Counted from the first letter of the stretch, positions 16,804-27,406 are shown. The stretch is 28,742 nt of DNA from Chthoniobacteraceae bacterium (GCA_040081625.1 JBEBGD010000070.1:1-28742), one strand, 5' to 3'. Program-made: numbers and translations. The notes: a model not told the origin generated them from the letters alone.

Positions 16804-18228
16804 TCAGAGCGTGATCGTGTCGCTCAGCACGGGAAGCTGGGCGTTGATGCCGTGGCGGCGGCGGATGAGTTCGGCGAGCGGCTCGCGACCGCGGGCTTCA
16901 CCGTGAGTCAGGACGACCTTGGGTTTGCCCGGCGTGAGGTGGGCGAGCCACTTCATCAGCTCGGTCTGGCCGGCGTGGGCGCTGAAACCGTTGAGCGTCT
17001 TGATCTGCGCCTTCACGGAAATCTGCTCGCCGAAGATGCGGACGGACTTTGCCCCGTCCACCAACTGCCGGCCGAGCGAGCCGGTGCCTTGGTAGCCGAC
17101 GATCATGACGACGGTTTCCATTTTCCAGAGCCCGTGCCGGAGGTGGTGAAGAATCCGCCCGCCGTTGCACATGCCGGAGCCGGCCATGATGAGGCACGGG
17201 CCGGGCGTGTCGTTGAGCGCCATGGAGTCCTGTGCGGACGGCGTGGCTTTTACGTGGCGGTGCTTGCGCGCGATCGCGCTGCTGCGGCGCAGGTCGCGTG
17301 TTTCGTCGTCGAGGAGATCGGGGTGACTCTCGTAGATCTTCGTCGCTTCGATCGCCATCGGGCTGTCGATAAAGACGGGGAAGGGTTTCATCGCGCCGGT
17401 GCTGAACAGCTCGTCGAGGTGATGGATAATCTGCTGCGTGCGGCCCACGGCGAAGGCGGGCACGAGGATGCGCGCCTTGTCCCGCACGACCTGCTCGATG
17501 ATGCCGCGAAACTCGGCGAGCGTGTCGGCGAGCGTGCGGTGGTCGCGGTCGCCGTAGGTGGACTCGAGAAAAATGAGATCAGCGCGCGCGGGCGGCTCTG
17601 CATCGCGGATGAGCGCCATCCCGTGCGGTCCGATATCGCCGGAGAAGACGATCGTCTTTCGGACTCCGCTCTCCTCGATGGTCAGCGCGATGCTCGCCGA
17701 GCCGAGCATGTGGCCCGCGGCGACGAACCGCGCGGTGATGCCGGCGGCGACCGGGATCGGCGTGTCGAATTCGACCGGGCGAAAGCGCTGCAACGTCTGC
17801 TCGACCTGCGCGGCGTCGTAGAGCGGCTCGATCGGTCCTTTGCCCGCGCGCTCACGCTTGCGGTTGATGCGCCGGGCATCGAAGGACTGCACTTTCGCCG
17901 AATCGCGCAGGATGAGGCCCGCGAGCTCGATCGTGGGCTGGGTGGCGAGGATCGTGCCGGTGTAGCCGCCTTCGATCAGCAGCGGCAGCCGGCCGGTGTG
18001 ATCGAGGTGCGCGTGGGTGATGAGCACGGCGTCAAGTCGGTGCGGCTCAAGTCGAGCGGGGAGCACGTTCTTGGTGTCGCTGTCCCGGCCGCCTTGAAAG
18101 AGCCCGAAGTCCACGAGCACGCGCGCGTGTCCGGTCTCGACGAGATACGCTGATCCAGTCACTTCGCCGGCGGCGCCGTGCAGGGTGATCGTGATGGTGC
18201 TGGGTTTGGTTTTGCGGCGGGATTTCAT
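16804..18228 (-). CDS. MBL-fold beta-CASP metallo-hydrolase (putative ribonuclease)
   Basis: GAAGEVTGS, THAHLDHTG, AGHMLGS, FSGDIG, ESTYGDR, PAFAVGRTQ, GSGMCNGGRILHHL, GFSAHA, THGE. Confidence 0.9.
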   Translation of the reverse strand: MKSRRKTKPSTITITLHGAAGEVTGSAYLVETGHARVLVDFGLFQGGRDSDTKNVLPARLEPHRLDAVLITHAHLDHTGRLPLLIEGGYTGTILATQPTIELAGLILRDSAKVQSFDARRINRKRERAGKGPIEPLYDAAQVEQTLQRFRPVEFDTPIPVAAGITARFVAAGHMLGSASIALTIEESGVRKTIVFSGDIGPHGMALIRDAEPPARADLIFLESTYGDRDHRTLADTLAEFRGIIEQVVRDKARILVPAFAVGRTQQIIHHLDELFSTGAMKPFPVFIDSPMAIEATKIYESHPDLLDDETRDLRRSSAIARKHRHVKATPSAQDSMALNDTPGPCLIMAGSGMCNGGRILHHLRHGLWKMETVVMIVGYQGTGSLGRQLVDGAKSVRIFGEQISVKAQIKTLNGFSAHAGQTELMKWLAHLTPGKPKVVLTHGEARGREPLAELIRRRHGINAQLPVLSDTITL

Positions 18229-18241
18229 GAGAGGGCTCCGA

Positions 18242-19549
18242 TCATAGCAGGGTCTTGTAGATCAAGCCCAGCACGCCTGCGCCGAGCACGACGGGGATGA
18301 CGTCCCACTTCCCGCGCACCATGCCCGCGAACGCCGCGGAACAGATCGCTACGGCGAACCAATCGACGGGAAACAACACGTGCAGACCGAACCAGACGGC
18401 GAGGTTGAGGATCACTCCGACGACCGCGGCGGTGACGGCGGAGAGCGCGGTGGTGAGCTTTTCATTGCCGCGCAATTGCTCGATATGCGGAGCGCCGAGG
18501 AAAATCCAAAGGAAGCACGGGATGAAGGTCGTCCACGTCGTGATGAATGCGCCGAGCGTGGCGCAGAGCAATGGCGGGAGGGTCCCGGGCTGATTCCAGC
18601 CGCCGAGGAAGCCGACGAATTGCAGGACCATGATGAGCGGGCCGGGAGTCGTCTCGGCGAGGCCGAGACCGTCGAGCATCTGCGGTGCGGAGAGCCAGTG
18701 GTGGGTCTCGACGGCTTGCTGCGAGACATACGGCAACACCGCATACGCGCCGCCGAAGGTGACCATCGAGGCCTTGCTGAAAAAGATCGCCTCCCGAAAC
18801 AGCGTGTGGTCGGTGCCGAGCCACAGCGCGAGCAGCGCGATCGGCGTCCACCACAGTCCCAGCCATGTCGCGCAGACCTTCAGCGCCCGGCCGGGAGTCG
18901 GCCGCGTATGCTCGGCCGAGGCGTCATCGTCGCCGATCACCGTGGTCTCCGCCGCACCCGATTTCGGACCGTGTCCGCGGATGACCAGGAATTTGTCGCG
19001 CCGCACTTTCCCGCCGATGAAACCGACGAGCGCGGCCATCGCGATGATGAGTGGGAACGGCGCTTTCAAAAAGTAGATCGCCACGAAAGAGAGCGCGGCG
19101 AGCGTCCACATCACCTCGTTCTTCAGCGCCTTTCCGCCGATGCGGATGACGGCTGCGGCGACGATCGCGAGCACCGCCGGCTTCAAGCCGTAAAAGATCG
19201 CCGCGACCCACGGCACTGCGCCGAAGGACACATAGACGAAGCTCAGCGCCCACAGGATGAACATCGACGGCACGACGAAGAGCGCGCCGGCCACGACGCC
19301 GCCCCACGTCTTGTGCAACAGCCAGCCGACATAGGTCGCGAGCTGCTGCGCCTCCGGGCCGGGCAGCAACATGCAGTAGTTCAGCGCGTGGAGGAACCGC
19401 GACTCGCTGATCCAGCGCCGCTTTTCCACCAGTTCCTCGTGCATGATGGCGATCTGCCCGGTTGGCCCGCCGAAGCTGATGAAACCAAGCTTCAGCCAAA
19501 AGCGGGACGCCTCGGCAAAGCTCGGATGTCCGTTCGGCGGCGGATTCAA
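18242..19549 (-). CDS. chrA: Long-chain chromate ion transporter (CHR family)
   Basis: SFGGPTGQIA, LPGPEAQQLA, TFGGAYAV, TPGPLIMV, in two homologous halves. The TTG start overlaps the upstream stop. Confidence 0.9.
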   Translation of the reverse strand: MNPPPNGHPSFAEASRFWLKLGFISFGGPTGQIAIMHEELVEKRRWISESRFLHALNYCMLLPGPEAQQLATYVGWLLHKTWGGVVAGALFVVPSMFILWALSFVYVSFGAVPWVAAIFYGLKPAVLAIVAAAVIRIGGKALKNEVMWTLAALSFVAIYFLKAPFPLIIAMAALVGFIGGKVRRDKFLVIRGHGPKSGAAETTVIGDDDASAEHTRPTPGRALKVCATWLGLWWTPIALLALWLGTDHTLFREAIFFSKASMVTFGGAYAVLPYVSQQAVETHHWLSAPQMLDGLGLAETTPGPLIMVLQFVGFLGGWNQPGTLPPLLCATLGAFITTWTTFIPCFLWIFLGAPHIEQLRGNEKLTTALSAVTAAVVGVILNLAVWFGLHVLFPVDWFAVAICSAAFAGMVRGKWDVIPVVLGAGVLGLIYKTLL

Positions 19550-20544
19550 AGAGTGGTCCCGGTGAGGAAGGGTCCGGCGGTTTCGAGCGCGAGGATGTTC
19601 GTCGTCGTCACGCGCGCGATCTCGCCGAGCGCTTCGCGGGTGAGGAAGGCCTGATGTGCGGTGATGAGGACGTTCGGGAAAGTGAGCAGGCGCGCGAGTT
19701 CGTCGTCGGCGAGGACTTGCCCCGAGAGGTCCTCGAAAAAGATGCCTTCCTCCTCCTCATACACATCGAGCGCGACGCCGCCGACGTGGCCGGACTTGAG
19801 CGCGGCGATGAGTGCGCCGGTGTCGATGAGTTTGCCGCGGCTGGTGTTCACGATGAAGACGCCGGGCTTCATCTGGGAGAGCGTCTTCTCGTTGAGCAGT
19901 TGAAGCGTTTCGGGCACCAGCGGCGCGTGCAGCGAGACGATGTCGCTCGCGCCCAGCAGCGTGTCGAAATCGACGTATCGGACGCCACTCGCCGCCGCCC
20001 AATCCTGCGTGGGGAAGGGATCGTGGGCGAGCACCTCGGTGCCGAAGCCGCGGAAAATCTGCGCGGCAATGCGGCCGATCTTCCCCGTGCCGACGATGCC
20101 GATGGTCTTGCCGTGGAGGTCGAAGCCGACCAGTCCGCTGAGCGAGAAGTTTAGTTCGCGCACGCGGTTGTAGGCGCGGTAAATCTTTCGGTTGAGCGAG
20201 AGGAGCAGCGCCACGGCGTGCTCGGCGACGGCGTGCGGCGAGTAGGCGGGGACGCGCACGACGGCGAGGCCGAGTTCGCGCGCGGCCTTCAAGTCCAAGT
20301 TATTGAATCCGGCGCAGCGCAGCGCGATCAGCTTCACGCCGAGCGCGGCGAGCGACTCGAGGCAGGCGCGATCCACGCGGTCATTCACGAAGACGCACAC
20401 GGCCTGCGCGCCCCGCGCCGTCGCGGCGGTTTCGCTGCTGAGACGGAAGTCGTGGAAGCGCCAGTCCACGCGATCGTGGCCGGGCGCGTGCGCGAAGAAT
20501 TCACGGTCGTAGGGTTTGGTGTCGTAAAGGGCAGTCGTGAGCAT
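19546..20544 (-). CDS. ldhA: NAD-dependent D-2-hydroxyacid dehydrogenase, D-lactate dehydrogenase (LdhA) type
   Basis: ATG 20544. VCVFVND, LRCAGFNN, RVPAYSPHAVAEH, GTGKIG, NTSRG, LDVYEEE, TAHQAFLT. Confidence 0.88.
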   Translation of the reverse strand: MLTTALYDTKPYDREFFAHAPGHDRVDWRFHDFRLSSETAATARGAQAVCVFVNDRVDRACLESLAALGVKLIALRCAGFNNLDLKAARELGLAVVRVPAYSPHAVAEHAVALLLSLNRKIYRAYNRVRELNFSLSGLVGFDLHGKTIGIVGTGKIGRIAAQIFRGFGTEVLAHDPFPTQDWAAASGVRYVDFDTLLGASDIVSLHAPLVPETLQLLNEKTLSQMKPGVFIVNTSRGKLIDTGALIAALKSGHVGGVALDVYEEEEGIFFEDLSGQVLADDELARLLTFPNVLITAHQAFLTREALGEIARVTTTNILALETAGPFLTGTTL

Positions 20545-20684
20545 GTGGGTGGTGTTATTTCGCAGGCACGGAACTGAACCCCTTTTTCGCGAACGCCGAA
20601 ACCGTGAACTGAGACGATTCGCGCGCATTGCAAGCCGGTTGAATGAACGGGTCGCCTTTGATTGGAAGGTGCTTCATATGAGGT

Positions 20685-22274
20685 TCAGAGCGTCGCCGCC
20701 GTTACGGCGGCGATGGCGCCGTAGAGCAGCATCGGCCCTACGGTCTTCTTGAGGATCTCGCCTTCCACGTTGTTCAGGCCGAGCACGGAGCAGACGGCGA
20801 CGATGTTGTGGATGGCGACCATGTTGCCCATCGCGCCACCGACCGATTGCAGCGCGAGCAGGGTCGTGCGTTCCAGCCCCATCCGCGTGGCGATGGAATC
20901 CTGGATCGGGCCGAAGGTGAGATTGGAAATGGTGCAGGAGCCGGCGAAGAACGAGCCGAGTGCGCCGAGGTAAGTGGCCAGGTATTCCCACCAGCCGCCG
21001 GTGCCGGAAGCCAGCGCATGGCCGATGAGCATCGCGGAGGATCGCTCGCCGCCGACCATCATCATCCGGACGAAAACCAAGGCGCCGAGCAGGGCGAGGA
21101 TCGGGTTACGCATTCGCCCGGCGGTTTCGCTCCACACTCTTCCCGCGGTGCCCGGCGGCGCGGCCAGCAGTCGCCACGAGATGAGCGAGATGAGGACGAA
21201 CGGGATCAAGGACGGGACGTAGAGCACCTGATGCGTCCAGTCCGTGTCGGTGCCGAAGATCCCGCGCAGGCGAAGCACCAACGCGGGGCTGATGGAAAAC
21301 GTGCCGATGCTGCCGAGGCCAAGATCCCACGCGGGCGTGGCGGCGGTGAGCAATCCGCGCAGGCCGAGCGCGGGAATCCGCGTGGCCAGCAGCACGAGCA
21401 CCGTGCCCCAGATCGGGAAGAGCGCCTTCACGATCTCGCGAGTCGCCGGCACATCGGCCGTGTCCACGGCGGCATCCTTTTCATCACCGAGGCCAATGTC
21501 GTGGCGCGCGAGCCACACGGCGGCGAGCAGTCCGATCAGCCCACCGGCGACGGCGGGGAATTCATCATCCACCAGCGCGAGCAGAAACATCGGCACGACG
21601 CTCGCCGCGATCGCGAGGTAGATGAACGCAAGATTGCGCCGGATTTCCTGCCAGCTCAGCAAAAGGCGGAAAGCCAGCAGCGGGATGATGCACGCGGCGG
21701 CGCAGTGGATGAGCGCAGTCTTCCATGCGACGGCGCGAAACTCCTCCGCGCTCAATCCGAGTTGCCCGAATCCAAACCACGTCGGTGTGCCCACCGCGCC
21801 GAACGAGACGGGAACGCTGTTCAGAATCAGACAGGCCATCGCCACCCGCAGCGCCGGGAATCCAAGCCCCACCAGCAGCGGCCCGGCGAGCGCGGCCGGC
21901 GTGCCGAAGCCGCTCGCGCCTTCGATAAGAAACTGAAACGACCAGCCGATGATGACGACCTGCGCGACTCGATCACTGGAAAGGTGATTCAGCCAGCGGC
22001 GGATCGTCTCCATCGCCCCGCAGTGCTCCATCGTGCGGAAGAAAAAGATCGCGCCCCAGACGATGAGGATCGGAGTCAGCGCGACCAGCAATCCCGCGAG
22101 GACCGAAGCGCTCACGAGCGTGGCATCCGTGCCGAACCACGCGAGCCGCGCCAGGCAGGCCGCGAGCGCCGCGAGCGGCAGCGCCTTCGCCGAGGGCATC
22201 GGCGTCTTCTTCGTCATCAGGAAGACGAGCAGCAGAATCGGCCCCGCGGCGAAAAGCAGATCGGCGGAAGGCAT
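20685..22274 (-). CDS. lctP: L-lactate permease (LctP/LldP family)
   Basis: FLIEGASGFGTPAALA, NSVPVSFGAVGTP, GSFFAGSCTISNLTFG, LQSVGGAMGNM. Confidence 0.88.
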   Translation of the reverse strand: MPSADLLFAAGPILLLVFLMTKKTPMPSAKALPLAALAACLARLAWFGTDATLVSASVLAGLLVALTPILIVWGAIFFFRTMEHCGAMETIRRWLNHLSSDRVAQVVIIGWSFQFLIEGASGFGTPAALAGPLLVGLGFPALRVAMACLILNSVPVSFGAVGTPTWFGFGQLGLSAEEFRAVAWKTALIHCAAACIIPLLAFRLLLSWQEIRRNLAFIYLAIAASVVPMFLLALVDDEFPAVAGGLIGLLAAVWLARHDIGLGDEKDAAVDTADVPATREIVKALFPIWGTVLVLLATRIPALGLRGLLTAATPAWDLGLGSIGTFSISPALVLRLRGIFGTDTDWTHQVLYVPSLIPFVLISLISWRLLAAPPGTAGRVWSETAGRMRNPILALLGALVFVRMMMVGGERSSAMLIGHALASGTGGWWEYLATYLGALGSFFAGSCTISNLTFGPIQDSIATRMGLERTTLLALQSVGGAMGNMVAIHNIVAVCSVLGLNNVEGEILKKTVGPMLLYGAIAAVTAATL

Positions 22275-22293
22275 CGCTCAGGAAGCCTTCATT

Positions 22294-25005
22294 TCACGTG
22301 ATGTGAGCGAATCTGCGGCGCACCCATTTCTCAAACTCGACGACGCAGTAGGCGGCGAGGCCGACGCCGGTGATGTAGAGCCACGAGCCGGCATCCAGGG
22401 GCGCGGTGTGGAAGAGGCGGTTCATGATTGGCGCGTGGGTGAAGAGTATCTGCGCGGCGAGCATCGCGGCGATGCCGCCGAAGACCCAGAGGTTGCTGAA
22501 GACGCCGACGCGGAACATCGAGTGCAGGAGCGATCGGCAGTTCAGCAGATAGAAACATTCCACCATCACGATGACGTTGATGACGGTGGTCCGCGCTTCG
22601 ACCACGTTCTTTCCGCGCACTTGCTGTTCCCATAGAAATGCGCCGAAGGCGCCCGCGAGGATGAGCAATGAGACGAGGCCGGTGCGCATGAAAAGCGGGA
22701 AGGTGAGGATCGGCTGCTTCGGATCACGGGGCGGGCGCTGCATGAGCCCGCGCTCCTTCGGCTCAAAGACGAGCATCAATCCGAGCAGGATGGCGGTGAC
22801 CATGTTGATCCAGAGAATCTGCACGGGCAGCGCTGGCAGGGCGGTGCCGAGCACGATGGCGGCGAGTAGAATGGTCGCCTCGCCGACATTTGTCGGGAGC
22901 GTCCAGATGATGAATTTGGTGAGGTTGTCGAAGACGCCGCGGCCTTCCTCCACGGCGGCTTCGATGCTCGCGAAATTGTCGTCGGTGAGCAGCATGTCGG
23001 CTGCGCCCTTGGCCACGTCGGTTCCGGTGATGCCCATGGCGACGCCGATGTCGGCCTGCTTGAGCGCGGGCGCGTCGTTCACGCCGTCGCCGGTCATCGC
23101 GACGATGTGGCCGCGCGATTGCAGCGCGCGCACGAGCTTGAGTTTTTGCTCCGGCGCGACGCGCGCGAAGACGGCGGCGCGCTCGGCGAGTTCCGGGAGA
23201 TCGGCGTCGGACAATCTTTCGAGCTCGCGACCCGTCACGGCGATGAGCTCGCCGCCGTCGCGGCCGCGCAAGCCGAGTTGCTGCGCGATGCTGCGGGCGG
23301 TCAGCGCGTGGTCGCCGGTGATCATCTTCACCTGCACACCCGCCTCCTGACACAGCCGCACCGAAACGATGGCCTCCGCACGCGGTGGATCGATCATGCC
23401 CTGCAGACCGAGGAAGGTGAGGCCCTCGCGCACGTGGTCGTGGTGCAGTTGGTCGTGGTCGTGCGCCACTTCCCGCCGCGCAAAGGCCAGCACGCGCAGA
23501 CCGCGCGCGGCCATCTGCTCGACGGCGGCTTGAATCGCGGCGGCGTCGAGCGGCGCGAGTTCGCCGTCGTCGCGGAGCGAGTGGGAGCAACGCTCCAGCA
23601 GCCGCTCGACGGAGCCTTTTTTGAAAATGACCCGCGGCTCGCCCTCTCCGCGACTGTGCAGCGTGGCCATGAACTGGTGCTCCGATTCGAACGGAATGAC
23701 ATCCAGCCGCGGATGCTCGGTGTGCGTGTCGGAGGTCATCCCGGCTTTCTGCGCGGCGACGATGAGCGCCGCCTCGGTCGGGTCGCCTTCGACCTTCAGC
23801 CGATCGCCATCGCGCACGATTTGGGAGTCGTTGTTGAGCAGGCCGGCGAGCAGCGTCTCTCGCAATGCCTCGTGCTGATCGAGCGCGGCGCGCTGCCCGC
23901 CCGCCAACACTTCGCCGCTCGGTTCGTAACCGGAGCCGGTCACATCGTAGAATGTTCCGCCGGCATAAACCTGCTGCACGGTCATCTGGTTTTCGGTCAG
24001 CGTGCCGGTCTTGTCCGAGCAAATGACGGTGGTGCTGCCGAGCGCCTCGACGGCAGGGAGCTTGCGGATGATCGCGCGGCGTTTCGCCATGCGCGAGACG
24101 CCGATGGCGAGCGTGATCGTGACCGCCGCGGGCAGTCCCTCGGGAATCGCGCCGACCGCGAGGGCGACCGCAGCCATGAACATCTCGACCGCGCTTTCGC
24201 CGCGCGCGACTCCGATCGCAAACGTGATCGCTGCCAGCCCGAGGATGACCCAGAGCACGAGCCTGCTGAACTGCGCGATCTTCCGCGTGAGCGGCGTGGA
24301 AAGATTCGGAACCTCGTGGATGAGCCGCGCGATGCGGCCGGTCTCGGTGTGATTGCCGGTAGCCATCACGACGCCTTCGGCCTGCCCGTAAGTGACGAGC
24401 GTGCCGGCGAAGGACAGGTTCTTTCGATCGGCGAGCCCGGACCCGCTGGCGAGCGCCGCGGACTGTTTTTCCACCGGGACCGATTCGCCGGTCAGCGCAG
24501 ATTCATCCACCTGCAAACTCCGCACATGCAAGAGGCGCAAGTCCGCCGGCACCTTGTCGCCGGACTGGAGCAGCACGATGTCGCCGGGCACGAGTTCCGC
24601 GGAGTTGACGCGGTGCTTTTGCCCGTCGCGCCGCACGGTGGCCTCGGTGAGAACCATTTTCGAGAGCGCCTCGATGGCCTTCTCCGCCTTGCTCTCCTGG
24701 AGGAAGCCGACGAGGGCGTTGACGAAGGTGACGCCGAAGATCACCGCGGAATCCACATACTCGCCGAGCGCCAGCGTCACGCCTGACGCGATGAGCAGGA
24801 TATACATCAGCGGCTGCGCGAACTGCAGGAGGAAGCGCTTCCACTCGCTCATGCGCTTCCGCGCCGTCATCTCGTTCCGCCCAAACTGCCGCAGTCGCGC
24901 CTCGACCTCTGTCTTAGTCAATCCGCTCGCGCGGTCGCTTTCCAGCAGGCTCACGGCTTCCTGTTCGGAAAGCTCGTGCCAGTTGGTTCCGGCGAGTTCC
25001 TTCAT
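22294..25005 (-). CDS. P-type cation-transporting ATPase, type IIA-like (PacL/CtpF-like)
   Basis: LTGES, IPEGLP, phosphorylation motif [35 protein letters not shown]. Confidence 0.93.
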   Translation of the reverse strand: MKELAGTNWHELSEQEAVSLLESDRASGLTKTEVEARLRQFGRNEMTARKRMSEWKRFLLQFAQPLMYILLIASGVTLALGEYVDSAVIFGVTFVNALVGFLQESKAEKAIEALSKMVLTEATVRRDGQKHRVNSAELVPGDIVLLQSGDKVPADLRLLHVRSLQVDESALTGESVPVEKQSAALASGSGLADRKNLSFAGTLVTYGQAEGVVMATGNHTETGRIARLIHEVPNLSTPLTRKIAQFSRLVLWVILGLAAITFAIGVARGESAVEMFMAAVALAVGAIPEGLPAAVTITLAIGVSRMAKRRAIIRKLPAVEALGSTTVICSDKTGTLTENQMTVQQVYAGGTFYDVTGSGYEPSGEVLAGGQRAALDQHEALRETLLAGLLNNDSQIVRDGDRLKVEGDPTEAALIVAAQKAGMTSDTHTEHPRLDVIPFESEHQFMATLHSRGEGEPRVIFKKGSVERLLERCSHSLRDDGELAPLDAAAIQAAVEQMAARGLRVLAFARREVAHDHDQLHHDHVREGLTFLGLQGMIDPPRAEAIVSVRLCQEAGVQVKMITGDHALTARSIAQQLGLRGRDGGELIAVTGRELERLSDADLPELAERAAVFARVAPEQKLKLVRALQSRGHIVAMTGDGVNDAPALKQADIGVAMGITGTDVAKGAADMLLTDDNFASIEAAVEEGRGVFDNLTKFIIWTLPTNVGEATILLAAIVLGTALPALPVQILWINMVTAILLGLMLVFEPKERGLMQRPPRDPKQPILTFPLFMRTGLVSLLILAGAFGAFLWEQQVRGKNVVEARTTVINVIVMVECFYLLNCRSLLHSMFRVGVFSNLWVFGGIAAMLAAQILFTHAPIMNRLFHTAPLDAGSWLYITGVGLAAYCVVEFEKWVRRRFAHIT

Positions 25006-25008
25006 CAG

Positions 25009-25586
25009 CTACTTTGCGCTTTCCGTTTGGAGAATCGCCAGCGTGGTTTTCAGCACGGTGTCGGGATTCAGCGAGATGTTGTCGATGCCCTGCTCGACGA
25101 GGAACTGCGCAAACTCTGGATAGTCGCTCGGCGCCTGGCCGCAGATGCCGATCTTGCGGCCCTTCGCGCGGCAGGTGGCGATGACCTGCGCGATCAACTT
25201 TTTCACCGCCGGGTTCCGCTCGTCGAAGATGGGCGCGACGATCTCGCTGTCGCGATCCACGCCGAGGATGAGCTGCGTAAGATCGTTCGATCCGATGCTG
25301 AAGCCGTCGAAGATGTCGGCGAATTCCTCGGCGAGGACGACGTTGCTTCGGATCTCGCACATCACGTAAATCTCCAGCCCGTCCTGACCGCGCTTGAGCC
25401 CGTGCTTTTCCATCTCGGCCTGCACGCGCCTGCCTTCCTCGATGCTGCGGCAGAAGGGGATCATCAGCTTGAGATTCGTGAGCCCCATCCTGCCGAGCGA
25501 CGCATTCTTTCCGCCGACCTGCGGCACATCCTCGATGCGGATGTCGCGAACCATTTGATGAAGGGGTGTGAGTTCGGTGTGCTCAT
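25009..25586 (-). pseudogene. ppsA: PEP synthase with a frameshift and a large internal deletion
   Basis: ATG 25586 gives MSTPNSHPFIKWF. After a 1-nt loss near 25545, DIRIEDVPQVGGKNASLG (PpsA N-terminus) joins directly to MGLTNLKLMIPFCR...FDGFSIGSNDLTQL...GICGQAPSDYP...ISLNPD (C-terminus). Confidence 0.88.
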
Positions 25587-25598
25587 GGTGTCGTTCAG

Positions 25599-26315
25599 CT
25601 ATGGTTTCGAGCGGCGTGTTTTTGGCGGGCGATCACGTTCACTCGCGAGGCCCGCGACCATCGCGTCGAGCTCCGCGAGGCCGAAGCTGATCTTCTTGAA
25701 GAACGACGGATTGTGCCGCACGAGGATGAAACGCGGGTGCTGTGCCCAGAGTTTCCGCAGTTTCGCATCCAGCGCCGCGGCCTGCGCGAGCGTTTCGTTG
25801 CGCACAGGATTGCCGCCTTCGATACCCATTCCTCCGACGGCCGCGCTCTCGAAAAAGATCACGCCATCGTAGCGCGCGAGTTCGTGTTCGAGCGTCGTGC
25901 CGAGCGTGGCGAAGAATTCGTCCGGTGCGCCGGGCCAGTAAGCCGCGCCATCCACCGTGCCGCGGTCGCAGAGAAGGATCCGATCCGGGTAGAGCGCGGA
26001 TTGCGCGTCCTCGAGGTTTCGCTGCACGTGGAAGATCGCGTGCTGCGCCGCGATGATGCCGGGCGGCTCGGTGCAGCGCGGAAACCCGCCGGAGAAGACC
26101 AGCGTCGCCGCTTCCGGCACGACGACGACACGTTCGCCGATCTCGCGGCGAAACAAATCAGCCGCCGTGGTCTTGCCGCCACCGGGTCCGCCGGTGAGCA
26201 CGATGCGGCAGCGGCGAGACTCCATCGCCTTGAGCCGCTTCCTTACTCTTGCACGCCTCGCTTTGTCGGGAGGGGCGGGCGCTGGACGATGCGTGGTGAT
26301 GGGTTTGCGCTTCAT
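25599..26315 (-). CDS. AAA_28 / NadR-like P-loop ATPase or kinase
   Basis: RIVLTGGPGGGKTT, VPEAAT, LCDRGTVDGAAY, RYDGVIF, GNPVRNE. The start is ATG 26315 or ATG 26225. Confidence 0.8.
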   Translation of the reverse strand: MKRKPITTHRPAPAPPDKARRARVRKRLKAMESRRCRIVLTGGPGGGKTTAADLFRREIGERVVVVPEAATLVFSGGFPRCTEPPGIIAAQHAIFHVQRNLEDAQSALYPDRILLCDRGTVDGAAYWPGAPDEFFATLGTTLEHELARYDGVIFFESAAVGGMGIEGGNPVRNETLAQAAALDAKLRKLWAQHPRFILVRHNPSFFKKISFGLAELDAMVAGLASERDRPPKTRRSKP

Positions 26316-26446
26316 GGGTTTCCTGAGATGCACGGAGCGGACCGCTCTCAATGATACTATGTCTTGCCGCGGCGGTTTGCTCGCCGCGGATTGCGGATTG
26401 CTCCCCTCATCTTGGCCCGGGGGATCGAGCTCGATGCTGCGGCGGC

Positions 26447-27406
26447 CTATTCGATGCGGGCTGGATCGGGCTGGGCGGATGCCCTGGCTTTCGCTCTCGC
26501 GGCGTGGACGATCGAGGCCACGATGGCCGTCGCGAGGATCGCGGCCACCACGCCGAGGGCCACGAGGGTGTCGATCTTCCACGCGGTGTGGCCGAGCAGC
26601 ATCTTCACGCCGATGAAGCTGAGCACGCCGCCGAGCCCGAGCTTGAGGTAGTGGAACATGCCCATCATCCCGCCGAGCACGAAGTAGAGCGAGCGCAGGC
26701 CCATGATGGCGAAGACGTTCGAGGTGTAGATGATGAACGGGTCGAGTGTGACGGCGAAGATCGCGGGGATGGAATCGACCGCGAAGATCACGTCGGTGAC
26801 TTCCACGCAGACGAGCACGACCATGAGCGGCGTGGCCATGAGCCGGCCGCTCACGCGCACGACGAGCTTGTCGTCGTGCTGGCCGGTGCTCACGGGCACG
26901 AGCCGCCGAAACCAGCGGATGATCGGGTTCTGCTCGGGATGCACTTCCTCGTCCTTTCCGAAGATCATCTTCAGCCCGGTGAAGATGAGAAATGCGCCGA
27001 AGACGTAGAGGATCCAGTTGAACCGGCTGATGAGCGCGACGCCTGCGAAGATCATGATCACCCGGAGGACGAGCGCGCCGAGGATGCCCCAGAAGAGCAC
27101 CTTGTGCTGCCACTGTGGCGGCACGGCGAAGTAGGAAAAGATGAGCGCGAAGATGAAGACGTTGTCCGCGCTGAGTGAATACTCGATGAGGTAGCCGGTG
27201 AAAAATTCGAGCGCCTTCTGCGGGCCGGCGAAATACCAGACGCCGGCGTTGAAGCACATCGCCAGCGTCACCCAGACGCCGGTCCACGTGAGTGCTTCCT
27301 TGAAGCTGACGACGTGGGATTTTCGGTGAAAGACGCCGAGGTCCAGCGCCATCATCGCGAGAATAAACAGGGTGAAGCCACCCCAGAGCCAGATCTGCGG
27401 GTTCAT
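26447..27406 (-). CDS. TerC/Alx family membrane protein
   Basis: LDLGVFHRK, EFFTGYLIEYSLSADNVF, VLFWGILGALVLR, EVTDVIFAVDSIPAIFAVT, TSNVFAIMGLRSLYF. Confidence 0.92.
   Translation of the reverse strand: MNPQIWLWGGFTLFILAMMALDLGVFHRKSHVVSFKEALTWTGVWVTLAMCFNAGVWYFAGPQKALEFFTGYLIEYSLSADNVFIFALIFSYFAVPPQWQHKVLFWGILGALVLRVIMIFAGVALISRFNWILYVFGAFLIFTGLKMIFGKDEEVHPEQNPIIRWFRRLVPVSTGQHDDKLVVRVSGRLMATPLMVVLVCVEVTDVIFAVDSIPAIFAVTLDPFIIYTSNVFAIMGLRSLYFVLGGMMGMFHYLKLGLGGVLSFIGVKMLLGHTAWKIDTLVALGVVAAILATAIVASIVHAARAKARASAQPDPARIE

Noticed and set aside
16297..18153. Long antisense ORFs (this 618-aa one, also 7555-9198, 20808-22301, 23107-24786 and others)
   Set aside because: These are shadow frames of genuine high-GC genes, with no recognisable motifs.
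20545..20684. GAACTGA occurring twice in the lctP-ldhA gap, with TTGCAA nearby
   Set aside because: Only a 7-nt repeat, with no good -10 partner or recognisable operator, so too weak to call.
25599..27287. 562-aa ORF suggesting a large ATPase fusion
   Set aside because: The N-terminal 324 codons mostly overlap terC in another frame and are Arg/Pro-rich noise. The ATPase starts at 26315 or 26225.
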